Shown in pieces: positions 29,948 through 39,726 of a DNA stretch of 60,676 nucleotides. Made by a program: the position numbers and the translations under genes. This DNA is from a virus (Duplodnaviria > Caudoviricetes): positions 1-60,676 of the IMG/VR virus record IMGVR_UViG_3300044731_001504. One strand, written 5' to 3'. The first letter of the stretch is position 1, and each line of letters starts with the position of its first letter. The notes under the pieces are model-generated. The model made no database searches. It was given only the letters and a program-made list of their open reading frames with translations, and was not told the DNA's origin.

Positions 29948-30241
29948 ATGATTTACGAAATATCTGACATTATTGTTGTTACAGGACAGAAAGTTAAGAG
30001 AATTGAGTCCAGTGAGATTATTTACGACAAAAGAATTTATTATATGTCTGATAAGACATCTTATGCCGAACATCAAATATTAAGATGTGCAAATGAAAAT
30101 GAAATTCAAAAATTTTGTGAGAGGGAATTATGTCAAGCTGTGGTAGATTCTATCGGTGGTTGGTTTGACAATAATAGAGAATATTATGAAAATTATTTAA
30201 AAGAATTTAATGAAAGCTGTAAAAAATATGGAATTAGATAA
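29948..30241 (+). CDS. hypothetical protein
   Basis: 97-aa ORF; TATATTTG element upstream. Confidence 0.65.
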   Translation: MIYEISDIIVVTGQKVKRIESSEIIYDKRIYYMSDKTSYAEHQILRCANENEIQKFCERELCQAVVDSIGGWFDNNREYYENYLKEFNESCKKYGIR

Positions 30242-30545
30242 GAGTATTACTCTTACCTCTTTTAACCCCACTTTCCCATTTTGATTTGGTATCAATTGGA
30301 TTAGCCTTTCCACGATTTACTTTAACGATATCACTCCATTTTGTGTTTCCTATTTGATTTGCAGGTCCTCTTGCAACTCCAGTTTCCCATTTGGTAACTG
30401 TTGGGTATTTTGAACCTCCCCCTGATGAACCACCTGTATCTCCTCCGCCTGCAGATGATGGAGCGGCGTCACCTTCCTGTTCCGAAATTGATTTCGGTGT
30501 GTCAGTATATTTTTTGAAAATCCCTATTAATGATTGTATATCCAT
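30234..30545 (-). CDS. small protein with three KW...RG.xN repeats
   Basis: KWETGVARGPAN, KWSDIVKVNRGKAN, KWESGVKRGKSN. Confidence 0.7.
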   Translation of the reverse strand: MDIQSLIGIFKKYTDTPKSISEQEGDAAPSSAGGGDTGGSSGGGSKYPTVTKWETGVARGPANQIGNTKWSDIVKVNRGKANPIDTKSKWESGVKRGKSNTLI

Positions 30546-30850
30546 TAAAAAAATTCTGAACTTGGTAATCTATTTGGGTGAACCAAATAATATTCGTTTA
30601 AGAAATTTGTAAGCTCGTCTTCATCAACATCTAAAAAATCTTCATCATCATAATCTTGGTTATCCTCATCTTCGTCTGAAAAAAAATCAAAAGACTCGGT
30701 TATTAAGTTATAACCAAAGTCTTTTGCTTCTTTTAATGATATTGTATCAACTCTTGCTTCATTTTCAGAATCATCTGTGGTTCTAAAAGTAACCTCCAAT
30801 GTGTCAGAGTCTTGGTTGATAAAGTAACTTACAATCTCTGTAATTTCCAT
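30545..30850 (-). CDS. acidic hypothetical protein
   Basis: likely start MEITE at 30850. Confidence 0.7.
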   Translation of the reverse strand: MEITEIVSYFINQDSDTLEVTFRTTDDSENEARVDTISLKEAKDFGYNLITESFDFFSDEDEDNQDYDDEDFLDVDEDELTNFLNEYYLVHPNRLPSSEFF

Positions 30851-30851
30851 A

Positions 30852-31652
30852 TTAGTATTTTTGGAATCGTTTAAACATATCAAGTGTTTTATCTACTTGA
30901 GAATTTAATTTTGGTTTCCCTAAATCAATTTCTCTATCAAATTCGGGGTCTTCGTCGTCATTAAAAATCATTAATAAGTCAATATCTCCCTCATTGTCTA
31001 CAAATGGTTCTGATATCTCATCTTCACTATTAATTCCGTAATCGATTTCTCCGTATTTACCTGATGAGATAAAGTTATCAGGGTCTTCAACATTTGTAAA
31101 GAATTCCTCATCATATGATTCTTCCATATAACCTCTACCACATTCACAAATTTCTTCATACATTCCACATTCATTACATACACTTGATTCTTCGTACATT
31201 TCTTCAGGTTCATTAAGATACTTTTCAATATCGTACTTTCCAATTAAATGTCCTTTATCTTTTTTCCCACCAAATGAGTACATTTTTTCACCACTTGGGA
31301 AATCAACCTCATCTTCAAATTCAAGTTCATCATCAAGATTAGGTTTTTGGTATTTATATTTTTTACCTTTAGTTAATTTCTCTAAAGCAATTTCATCCAT
31401 TTCCTCTTTGTAATCACCACATTCATTACACTCTCCTGATGATTCTCTCATATAAATTTTATTATTATATTCAGAAACTTCACCATTTGATTTAACTGTG
31501 ATTCCACCTTTATCGTTTGCGAAATCTTGAACCATTAATGGTTGTGTGTTTGATGTCTCTTGTCTAACCACATATCCATCATATGGTTGTTTGTGCAAAT
31601 CAAGAATGTTTTGTCTTTCTGATTTGTCCACGTTTAAAAAATACGGTCTCAT
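30852..31652 (-). CDS. acidic hypothetical protein with CNECG motifs
   Basis: 266 aa; CNECG twice plus CECG; TATTTAT upstream. Confidence 0.7.
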   Translation of the reverse strand: MRPYFLNVDKSERQNILDLHKQPYDGYVVRQETSNTQPLMVQDFANDKGGITVKSNGEVSEYNNKIYMRESSGECNECGDYKEEMDEIALEKLTKGKKYKYQKPNLDDELEFEDEVDFPSGEKMYSFGGKKDKGHLIGKYDIEKYLNEPEEMYEESSVCNECGMYEEICECGRGYMEESYDEEFFTNVEDPDNFISSGKYGEIDYGINSEDEISEPFVDNEGDIDLLMIFNDDEDPEFDREIDLGKPKLNSQVDKTLDMFKRFQKY

Positions 31653-31675
31653 AATTTAATTTTTAATATAAATAT

Positions 31676-32308
31676 TTAGTGTTTGTGCATAAACCACTTT
31701 AAAATGGTAAGTGATAATCTCCTAATTTGACTATTAACATTTTCAATGGAAACCTCTTTTCCAATATTTTCCATATACTTAATTGTCCCACTAATCATTT
31801 CATTTTTCGCTTCATCGGCCAAATCTAACATTGTTGAACACATTTCACTTTCATCATTGAAAGGATGCATCTTTTTAATGTTCTCTTTTCCAGCGTATAA
31901 ATAAACCGAAGCTTGGAACATATTAACCCAACTACATTGTCTTAACGCTTCCAAAAATGAAGTTAACATTTCGGTATCAAATGATTTTAAAACATCTTTG
32001 TGTTTTTTTATGAATTCTCTTTGAGCTTTAAATTTGGATAAATCAGATTCATTGATTGAACTTTCCTCAGTCTTTTCCTCATCACAGTTATTATCACCTC
32101 TCTCAATTAAAATCCAAGCATCAGCATCTGATAACAAATCTAATGTTCTTCCATTTTTCCATTTAATTTCGTATTGAATAGTACCATCTGAAAAGTTTGT
32201 GAGACGAGTTACTATCCCTTCTAAACCGGGTGGCATTCCTCTTTCACCCTCCATATGCCATAGTTTAATTTTATCTCCTACGCAAAGTTTTTGATTAATT
32301 TTTTTCAT
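31676..32308 (-). CDS. hypothetical two-domain protein (SH3-like N-terminal part)
   Basis: GDKIKL..M......G.EG.V.......I.W.NG.TL.L....D.W pattern (DUF4314-like, from memory); INES site at the domain junction. Confidence 0.55.
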   Translation of the reverse strand: MKKINQKLCVGDKIKLWHMEGERGMPPGLEGIVTRLTNFSDGTIQYEIKWKNGRTLDLLSDADAWILIERGDNNCDEEKTEESSINESDLSKFKAQREFIKKHKDVLKSFDTEMLTSFLEALRQCSWVNMFQASVYLYAGKENIKKMHPFNDESEMCSTMLDLADEAKNEMISGTIKYMENIGKEVSIENVNSQIRRLSLTILKWFMHKH

Positions 32309-32350
32309 AACAATATAATTATAAATACTTCAATAATATTTATAATCATA

Positions 32351-32974
32351 ATGGAAATATTAATTAGTGAAAAACAAAAAGAAGAATTAATTATTGTTGA
32401 GTCAATTTCAAAAATTGGGTCTGTGATTAAGGATATGTCTAAAATTGGAAAGGATTCAATTAAAACTGCAAATGAAAACTTCAAATTTGACCTTAAAATA
32501 TTGGTAACATTTAGTGCCGGTATCGGGGGTATGATAGTTCCATTAAATGAATTTGTTAGAGGTGAATTCCCAACCTTAACTGAAACCAATTATTTATTAA
32601 TTACAGTGGCAGTTGCTATGATTTTAGTAACTGAACACACTGAAAATACAAAAAAGTTATTATCTGAAATTACCAAACAAGGTTTAACAAAAGAGTTCAA
32701 AAAAACTTTTGAGGTTGGTTCAGAATTGAAAGAATCCTTTTTAGGATTTATGGATAGTTTGAATTTGACTTTTTCAAAGGTTACCCAAATTATGGGTTAC
32801 GCATTTTTAATTCCAATTATTGATATATTGTTAAATCTATCTCAAGATAATTCTGTAACTAGTGTTAATGAAATCGTCTATAGATTACTACTTTCTTTGG
32901 GGTCTCATTATTCGGCAATTTTATTACGAGAAGTAATAACCAAAATCATCAATAAGTTCAGAGGAAATAATTAA
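32351..32974 (+). CDS. membrane protein
   Basis: several hydrophobic helices; likely start MEILISEKQ; TATTTATA upstream. Confidence 0.7.
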   Translation: MEILISEKQKEELIIVESISKIGSVIKDMSKIGKDSIKTANENFKFDLKILVTFSAGIGGMIVPLNEFVRGEFPTLTETNYLLITVAVAMILVTEHTENTKKLLSEITKQGLTKEFKKTFEVGSELKESFLGFMDSLNLTFSKVTQIMGYAFLIPIIDILLNLSQDNSVTSVNEIVYRLLLSLGSHYSAILLREVITKIINKFRGNN

Positions 32975-33891
32975 TAGCTGGATAATATATTACTCTTAAC
33001 TTTTTCAATCTCATCATCAGAAAGTCCGTGTCTTTCTTTATATTTTATAAACCATTTGTCCATAACATCAGACATTGGTTCTTTTTTTAGTTTTGATTTT
33101 CTCTTAAATCCTTTGAATTGAGCTTCAAGTTCGTGAGGTTGTGTGTAATAATCATAAGGTAATTCAGGTTCTTTATCTCTATCACTAAAATCACCTCTTG
33201 CAGATTGTCTCATATGAGTAAACTCGTGAGCAATTACATCATTTAATTCACCTATTAATTCTGAAAGATATGCCATCTTATTATCAGGATTATATCTAAT
33301 ATTAATAACCAATACTTCTTCATCAGGATAATATGAGCCGTCAATATAAATCTCATTAGAGTCAACATCCTCAACCATGTCTAATTCAACCGAATAATAA
33401 ACATCTATATTTGGGTGGTAATATTCTAAACTGTCTCCAAAATATTCAGGTAAGAAATAAACTCCCGTTTCGTTTTCTTTAAACACTTTAACTATATCTT
33501 TAACCGCATTTCTAACAGGTAATCTATCTTTTTTAGATTCTGTAATATTTTGTGGAATGTCTGAACAATTCAAAGATTTAACATTTATGGAATAATCCCC
33601 AAATTGACTAAATTGTTCTTTGATTACTGATATAATTCCTGCAATCATTTGCAAGTATTCCCTGTCATTAATTGCGTCTTTACCTGAATTACAAAAAGAA
33701 TTAATGTGAGTATAATATCCTTCATTTTTTGCCGCAATTTTATCAACCTCAACAAAAATATTATATTTCTCATTAAAATATTCTGAATTGATAACTTTAA
33801 AATAAACTCTAACTTTGGAGTTATCGTCTTCTTCCAAATTACCTTCCCATTTAAAATTTTTTCCAACAACTATGTCTTTTAAATCTTCCAT
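32971..33891 (-). CDS. protein with C-terminal HExxH zinc-metalloprotease domain
   Basis: IAHEFTHMRQ...YYTQPHELEA. Confidence 0.7.
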   Translation of the reverse strand: MEDLKDIVVGKNFKWEGNLEEDDNSKVRVYFKVINSEYFNEKYNIFVEVDKIAAKNEGYYTHINSFCNSGKDAINDREYLQMIAGIISVIKEQFSQFGDYSINVKSLNCSDIPQNITESKKDRLPVRNAVKDIVKVFKENETGVYFLPEYFGDSLEYYHPNIDVYYSVELDMVEDVDSNEIYIDGSYYPDEEVLVINIRYNPDNKMAYLSELIGELNDVIAHEFTHMRQSARGDFSDRDKEPELPYDYYTQPHELEAQFKGFKRKSKLKKEPMSDVMDKWFIKYKERHGLSDDEIEKVKSNILSSY

Positions 33892-33906
33892 ATCCTATAA
33901 ATACTT

Positions 33907-33941
33907 GAAAAAAATAAAAGACCTAATTTCTTAGGTCTTTT
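33907..33941 (-). terminator. intrinsic terminator
   Basis: AAAAGACCTAA-tttc-TTAGGTCTTTT with an A-run on the + strand. Confidence 0.75.
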
Positions 33942-34043
33942 GGTGTTATATATGAAGATACCCTACAAGTAGGGTGGGGGTATAATATAAATATACCCAA
34001 TATTAAAAAAATCTACTCTGAAAGTCCAATAAACTGAACTTTT

Positions 34044-34880
34044 TTATTTTAGTAAATTATAATACTCTTTAAAATGCTTAATTCTATCGGCCAATCCAAT
34101 AGTTCCTCCATTAACTCTTTTAGTTACTGCGGTTACAGTAGCGTCGTCAGCTCCTTTGTCACAAATAGACCAAAGTTTATTTGAATCAAAGAAAAATGCT
34201 GCAGATGCTAATGGGTATTTTGTCGCAACTAAATCAGGATTAGATACTGTATCTTCACCGATGAATTTTGCAAAGTTTGTATAGTTTTGTTTTCCGGTTA
34301 ATTGGATGTATCCTCTGCCACGGAATTTATAACCTTCTTTTGTTGACTCATCACCATTACCCATTCTTCCACCATAAACTTTTGATGCGATTTTTTCAGG
34401 ATTTCTAGCATACCCTTCAGCTAAGTTACCAGGAAAATATTTTGGGAATATCTTCTTTAACCCATCAGCTGAGTAATTCAAATTCTCTTGAACTGCCTTA
34501 AATCCACCTGACTCGTGACCACACTGAGCCAAGAAATGAGCTAATCTTAAAGGATTAGTAATATTGAATTTTTTAGCGGTGTCAGGAATTTGAGCAATCA
34601 CTGCATCAGGGACATGACCTTTTAAATTTTGTAATTTAAATTCTGAATTTGCCGGAATAACAACATCTTCTTTAACTACTTGAGTAGTTTGAGTTGCCTC
34701 GCCAAACATCTTTGACCAAGTTCCATTACCAACAATTCCGTCAGCAGTTAAACCATTTGCCGCTTGCCATTCTTTAACTTTAGCAGCAGTGCCATTACCG
34801 AATATGCCATCGGCAGTTAAACCTAATTTTGCTTGGAGTTTCTTAACATCATCTCCTGTTGAGCCTACTTTTAATAACAT
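34044..34880 (-). CDS. endolysin: peptidoglycan-binding domain plus GH19 catalytic domain
   Basis: LKVGSTGDDVKKLQ, ADGIFG/ADGIVG..TW; HFLAQCGHESGG, ENLNYS, FRGRGYIQLTG, TKRVNGG..GL.DR. Confidence 0.92.
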   Translation of the reverse strand: MLLKVGSTGDDVKKLQAKLGLTADGIFGNGTAAKVKEWQAANGLTADGIVGNGTWSKMFGEATQTTQVVKEDVVIPANSEFKLQNLKGHVPDAVIAQIPDTAKKFNITNPLRLAHFLAQCGHESGGFKAVQENLNYSADGLKKIFPKYFPGNLAEGYARNPEKIASKVYGGRMGNGDESTKEGYKFRGRGYIQLTGKQNYTNFAKFIGEDTVSNPDLVATKYPLASAAFFFDSNKLWSICDKGADDATVTAVTKRVNGGTIGLADRIKHFKEYYNLLK

Positions 34881-34943
34881 AATTTTTTGTTTTTATCATA
34901 AATATCATTAAAAACAAACAAATTATTTTGTATATTTATTATT

Positions 34944-36020
34944 ATGAATAAATCTTTTGTGTTATTAGAAGAAGTTGACCATATGATTCAGTCATTAACT
35001 GAGTCTAAATTATCAAGAGAGGAACATTTATTGAATATTGTTAATCTTTTAAAATATAATAAAATTAAATCAAAAAAAATTTCATTTTTATTACAGGATA
35101 TAAAATCTCAATCAGATGATATGACTGTAGATTTTGAATTACTTGAAAGAGGATTAAGAAAGACTTTAACTAAAAAGGGTAATAAAAAAGAAAATTGCGA
35201 ATTTTATTTTGACAGCGTTTGGAAATCTTTAAACAAAAGAAAATTTCAAGATGATGACGACGATTCAGAACAAGATGAGCCATCTATTCTCCCAAAGAAA
35301 GTTTTTAAAAGAGAATTATTTTCATTGCAGGTTGAGTTATTAAAATTACAGGAATGGTTATCTAAAACAAACAAAACTGTAATTGTTGTATTTGAAGGTC
35401 GTGATTCTGCGGGTAAGGGTTCAACAATCAAAAAGTTTACAGAGAATATGAATCCAAGATACTATAAAATTATTGCTCTTGGAATTCCAACACCTGATGA
35501 AAGAGCAAATTGGTGGAAAAGATATGAAGACCAGATTGAAAAGGGAAAAGTAAATTTATTTGATAGGAGTTGGTATAATAGAGGTTTAGTAGAACCTGTT
35601 ATGGGTTATGGAACTCCTGAAGAATACGAAGATTTTATGGAAAATGTTCAGGGGTTTGAGGAGTCATTAGTTAAGGATGGTGATTATCTATTTAAACTAT
35701 GGTTTTCGATTGATAAGGAGACTCAAGCTCAAAGATTTGAATTTAGACAAAAGTCCCCATTGAAGTATTGGAAATATTCTAAAAATGACGAGAAAATGCA
35801 AGAAGTATGGGATACATTTACTGAATATAAAGAAAAGTTATTTGATAAAACTTCAACGGTAAATCATCCTTGGGTTGTTTTGGATTCAAACGATAAGAAA
35901 ATTTCGGGATTAAATGCTATTAGATATATCTTACAAAATATACCATATGAAGGTAAAAATGAAGAATTATTAGATAAAGAGTTTCCTGAAGCTATGTCAG
36001 TGTTAAGACCAAAAATTTAA
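34944..36020 (+). CDS. ppk2: polyphosphate kinase 2 with a ~115-aa N-terminal extension
   Basis: FEGRDSAGKG (Walker A), FDRSWYNR..VEPVMG, PLKYWK.S..D. Confidence 0.92.
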   Translation: MNKSFVLLEEVDHMIQSLTESKLSREEHLLNIVNLLKYNKIKSKKISFLLQDIKSQSDDMTVDFELLERGLRKTLTKKGNKKENCEFYFDSVWKSLNKRKFQDDDDDSEQDEPSILPKKVFKRELFSLQVELLKLQEWLSKTNKTVIVVFEGRDSAGKGSTIKKFTENMNPRYYKIIALGIPTPDERANWWKRYEDQIEKGKVNLFDRSWYNRGLVEPVMGYGTPEEYEDFMENVQGFEESLVKDGDYLFKLWFSIDKETQAQRFEFRQKSPLKYWKYSKNDEKMQEVWDTFTEYKEKLFDKTSTVNHPWVVLDSNDKKISGLNAIRYILQNIPYEGKNEELLDKEFPEAMSVLRPKI

Positions 36021-36772
36021 GAAATATTTTCAGAGTTTAACTCCCCCATTATTTTTTCAATTTTATTTGTTGAACCTAATACTGTTTTATCTCTTGAGTC
36101 AATTGCAATTTTTTGTAATTCTTTTGGGTCAGTTTCTCCTTCCTTAACCGCTTCGTTTATATCATTTGCAAATCTTTGGAAAAATCCTGAACCATTCCAA
36201 GATGCATATATAAAATTAAACGTTAGTCCCTTATCTGAATTTACAATTTCTTTAGATTCTTGACTCAAATATTTATCAGATAATTCTTTATAATGAGGTT
36301 CCATTATTCTTACAACTAAATCCATTAATTTGTTTTCCAACTCTCCACCCCTATACCCGTGTTTCCAAACTTTAGGGTTTTTATTCTTGTCAATGATTGA
36401 CCAAAATTCAACACCCGGTTCTGAAGTATTTAAACGACCTCCGTGTATTCTATCAATACCAAACATTGTTTCACCTGACCTACCCATCTGTGGTTTATAA
36501 TGCCATTTAGGATTATAATACCCGCCCTCAAGTTTATCAATTACCATTTTTGTCATCTCTTTAAAATCAACATCAACCTTGGATAATGATTTTTTTTCTT
36601 TGACTTTTTTAAAAAATCTGTCAAGGATTTCCTCCCATGATAAATCTTTATCACCAAATAAAATCGCTTTCAATATGTCACCAAGTACTCCTTCATTAAC
36701 TAATTCTTTATTATCTATTTTAGATATTTCTCTAAATCTTGCAATTTCTTCTAATATTTTTTTTTCTTTCAT
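36017..36772 (-). CDS. lysozyme-like (GH108-like) protein with N-terminal leader
   Basis: LEGGYY...SGETMFGIDR resembles the GH108 EGGY..GET.xGI motif; likely start MKEKKILEE. Confidence 0.6.
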   Translation of the reverse strand: MKEKKILEEIARFREISKIDNKELVNEGVLGDILKAILFGDKDLSWEEILDRFFKKVKEKKSLSKVDVDFKEMTKMVIDKLEGGYYNPKWHYKPQMGRSGETMFGIDRIHGGRLNTSEPGVEFWSIIDKNKNPKVWKHGYRGGELENKLMDLVVRIMEPHYKELSDKYLSQESKEIVNSDKGLTFNFIYASWNGSGFFQRFANDINEAVKEGETDPKELQKIAIDSRDKTVLGSTNKIEKIMGELNSENIS

Positions 36773-36815
36773 CGTCAAAGTGATATATGATAAATATTTA
36801 TAAAAAAAGTAATTT

Positions 36816-37433
36816 ATGAATTTACGAGAAATATTAAGAGAAGAACTCAAAAAAGAGTTAAAACCAATGAAGTTAATGACAGAAACTTATGTTTCGGATA
36901 ACTTAAAATATCATTTAGAAAATAACTTACCATTAAGTGAAACTATTTTTAGAAGTGGTTCTAACTCACACATAAATTTAGTGAAAGAAGTTAGAGAATT
37001 ACACAGCGCAGGATTTATTAAATTAAATGATGAAGATAAATGGATAGTTGAAAGTAATTTAGGTGAAAAAGTAATTTTAAAAAATGGTAAGGAAATATTT
37101 TTAGATTTACCATTTGTAGAGGAATCTCTTAATGAAGCTGAATATCAGGGTAGAAAAGTTCAAGTTGGAAAACCTATGAGGAATTCAGGTGGTGGAAAAA
37201 AATATGTCGTATATGTAAAAAACCCATCAACTGGTAAAATTAAGAAAATTTCTTTTGGGGATGCTCATGGAGGATTAACTGCAAAAGTATCTAACCCTAA
37301 GGCTCGTAAAGCATTTGCATCAAGACACCAATGTGATAAAAAGAAAGATAGAATGACCGCTGGTTATTGGGCTTGTAGAATCAATCGTTATGGACATTTG
37401 TGGGGCGGTAAAACTTATCCAGGTTATTGGTAA
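36816..37433 (+). CDS. hypothetical protein with basic C-terminal domain
   Basis: KKYVVYV...KKISFGD...RKAFASRH.C....AGYW module after an LNEAE site. Confidence 0.75.
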   Translation: MNLREILREELKKELKPMKLMTETYVSDNLKYHLENNLPLSETIFRSGSNSHINLVKEVRELHSAGFIKLNDEDKWIVESNLGEKVILKNGKEIFLDLPFVEESLNEAEYQGRKVQVGKPMRNSGGGKKYVVYVKNPSTGKIKKISFGDAHGGLTAKVSNPKARKAFASRHQCDKKKDRMTAGYWACRINRYGHLWGGKTYPGYW

Positions 37434-37705
37434 TGGATACTCTACCATTCATACAAGAAAATTTAAGTGACAATATTAAAATTAGAACATTCAAATCTGA
37501 TGTTGAGTCAGGAGAACTGATGTGGCATAGAGACCGAGAAGATAGATTGGTTGAGATTTTAGAATGTAATAATTGGAAGTATCAGTCAGATAATACTTTA
37601 CCTTTAGAAATGAAAAAAGGGGATAAAATCTTTATCCCCAAAGGTGAATACCATCGTGTAATCAAAGGTGATGGTGATTTAGTTATTAGAGTTACTATGT
37701 TCTAA
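37433..37705 (+). CDS. cupin-fold protein
   Basis: WHRDRE...GDKIFIPKGEYHRV; TAATG overlap with the upstream stop. Confidence 0.75.
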   Translation: MDTLPFIQENLSDNIKIRTFKSDVESGELMWHRDREDRLVEILECNNWKYQSDNTLPLEMKKGDKIFIPKGEYHRVIKGDGDLVIRVTMF

Positions 37706-38657
37706 TCTGTGTAATACCTGGTATTTCATAAACAGATGGTTCTTGTTCTGTTACCACATCATCCATTTGTTGTTCCATCATTGGTTCATCCATCGGGTAG
37801 TCTCTACCAATTGTTGGTTGCTCTAATGATACTAATTTCTTTTCACCATATTCAAATCTTAATAGATATATTGCTTCTTTATTTGCCATATCTTCAGACA
37901 TACACTCACGATTAGTTTTATTCTTATCAACCTCTCCTTTAATCAAAACCAAAATTTCATATGGTAATCCCGATTCAATTGAGTCAATTCTATGGTCTTC
38001 CATATTCCAAAAAGACATAACCCTTTCATCGTAATTTTTGTAAGCCGCAACTTTTAATCCTGTGTTTTTATTGATACAATAAATCAATGCCCCTTCTCTT
38101 GTATATCTTGTGAAATAATTTGGTTCATACTGTGAAGTCGTACACCATTTTGTTGAACTTCCGTATTTCATTGATGATAGGTGGGTTAAAGGTCGTAGAA
38201 CTAACCATTCATCATTTTCAAGTAACTTGACAATTTCCTTTTCAAGCTCATTACCCATTTTCTTAATCTCGCATAATGAGTTCAATTTATTTAAATCTTC
38301 ATATCGTTTAATCGCAGTTAAATCAACTCCATTTAATAATTTCTGATTACTATTTGAAATAAACTCATTAATGGTTCTATATTCTTCTTCATTAAATAAA
38401 AATTCAAATCCTAGTATTGAATACATAAAACTTTCTCTATTATCAGAATATTTGTCAATTAAGTTTTGACCTCTATCTTTCAAATATGTTACTATCTCTT
38501 TAGAACTATGAGTAACTTTTTTATCCAATCTTTCTTTTTTAATTAGATTTACAATCATTTCCAAGTATTTTGGTTCAGGAAATAATGTTGTTAAAATATC
38601 GTACAATGTGATATCTAAAAAAGGGTTGTGTTGTTTAACTTGTTCTTTCTTTGTCAT
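37695..38657 (-). CDS. hypothetical protein (PcfJ-like YG..TKWC domain)
   Basis: WLVLRPLT..SSMKYGSSTKWCTT. Confidence 0.6.
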   Translation of the reverse strand: MTKKEQVKQHNPFLDITLYDILTTLFPEPKYLEMIVNLIKKERLDKKVTHSSKEIVTYLKDRGQNLIDKYSDNRESFMYSILGFEFLFNEEEYRTINEFISNSNQKLLNGVDLTAIKRYEDLNKLNSLCEIKKMGNELEKEIVKLLENDEWLVLRPLTHLSSMKYGSSTKWCTTSQYEPNYFTRYTREGALIYCINKNTGLKVAAYKNYDERVMSFWNMEDHRIDSIESGLPYEILVLIKGEVDKNKTNRECMSEDMANKEAIYLLRFEYGEKKLVSLEQPTIGRDYPMDEPMMEQQMDDVVTEQEPSVYEIPGITQIRT

Positions 38658-38659
38658 AT

Positions 38660-38791
38660 TCAAAATATATTAGTAAAAAATCTTATAATCAAACTTATTA
38701 TAAACAAAAAAATAATGGACATCACTGCGACAAATAATGATATTCCTATCGTAGTTGCGATTGATGCCCATTTATTAAATTTCCATTTCAT
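38660..38791 (-). CDS. small single-pass membrane protein (43 aa, not in ORF track)
   Basis: MKWKFNKWASIATTIGISLFVAVMSIIFLFIISLIIRFFTNIF. Confidence 0.55.
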   Translation of the reverse strand: MKWKFNKWASIATTIGISLFVAVMSIIFLFIISLIIRFFTNIF

Positions 38792-38827
38792 AAACCAATG
38801 GTATGAATGAAATTCTATATTGTCAAA

Positions 38828-39637
38828 TTACTGTTGAGATAATTGAATTGCTCTTACTAATCTTGTAATGCCAATTCCACCTCCAAATCTTGGGATAAAT
38901 GAATGAGATAAGAATTCATCTAATTCTTTGTTAACTCTTTCTTTACCAAATAGTTCATACAACTTATTTGCATATCCACCTTCAGAAATTGTATTGAAGA
39001 AGTTTCTCATTTCAACAGGATTTGTTGAGCGTTCTGCGGAACCTATTGTTTCCTGTCCCATTAAGATAATATCAATCTTACTGAATAATTTATCCCCGGC
39101 GTATTTCATATTCCAAAATGGTGAAGTTCTTTCAGGGAACATTGTAATAGCAACTGATTTACCTAATCCTGTAACCATCTTTTCCTCGTGTTCCGCAGTC
39201 AATATTTCAACATTATATTTTCTACATAAGTCATCATAAGTTAAAACGATTGGGGCAGGTAATCCCATAAATTGAACCAATTCAATTTCAAGGTTTAACA
39301 AATCTTGGATAGTTCCTTTCGCCTCAAATTCAAACATAGGGAAAATCTTTTCGTGTCTACCCTCAATTGGGTTAGGTTCATTTCTGTAGGATGTTGAAAT
39401 ACAGAATACACCTGGCCAAGATGGGTTTTTAAGTAATTCATACTCCAACCACATTTGTCCTGTTTGAGGTAATGGCCAAACAACATTGTCATAAGTGAAT
39501 GTTGATACTGTGTGAGGGTCTTCACACGCCGCTAAGATTGATAATCTTGATTGTACTGGAACTTCAATGAATCCCTTCTTCAAGAAAAATGCTCGTAGTT
39601 TCTGGACTACGTTGTGATAATTAATTGTGTCTTTCAT
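38828..39637 (-). CDS. class IIb aminoacyl-tRNA synthetase catalytic-domain paralogue (AsnRS/AspRS-like, no anticodon domain)
   Basis: motif 1 LRAFF..KGFIEVP, motif 2 SYRNE....RH..F.MFEFE, ETIGSAER, motif 3 GGGIGITRL. Confidence 0.85.
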   Translation of the reverse strand: MKDTINYHNVVQKLRAFFLKKGFIEVPVQSRLSILAACEDPHTVSTFTYDNVVWPLPQTGQMWLEYELLKNPSWPGVFCISTSYRNEPNPIEGRHEKIFPMFEFEAKGTIQDLLNLEIELVQFMGLPAPIVLTYDDLCRKYNVEILTAEHEEKMVTGLGKSVAITMFPERTSPFWNMKYAGDKLFSKIDIILMGQETIGSAERSTNPVEMRNFFNTISEGGYANKLYELFGKERVNKELDEFLSHSFIPRFGGGIGITRLVRAIQLSQQ

Positions 39638-39726
39638 TTTTTGTTTTTATTTGTTTATTTAATTTTTTCGGACAAAAAAAAATCACCTAAAAGGTGATTT
39701 CTTTATAAACTTTAGTTATTAAGTGA

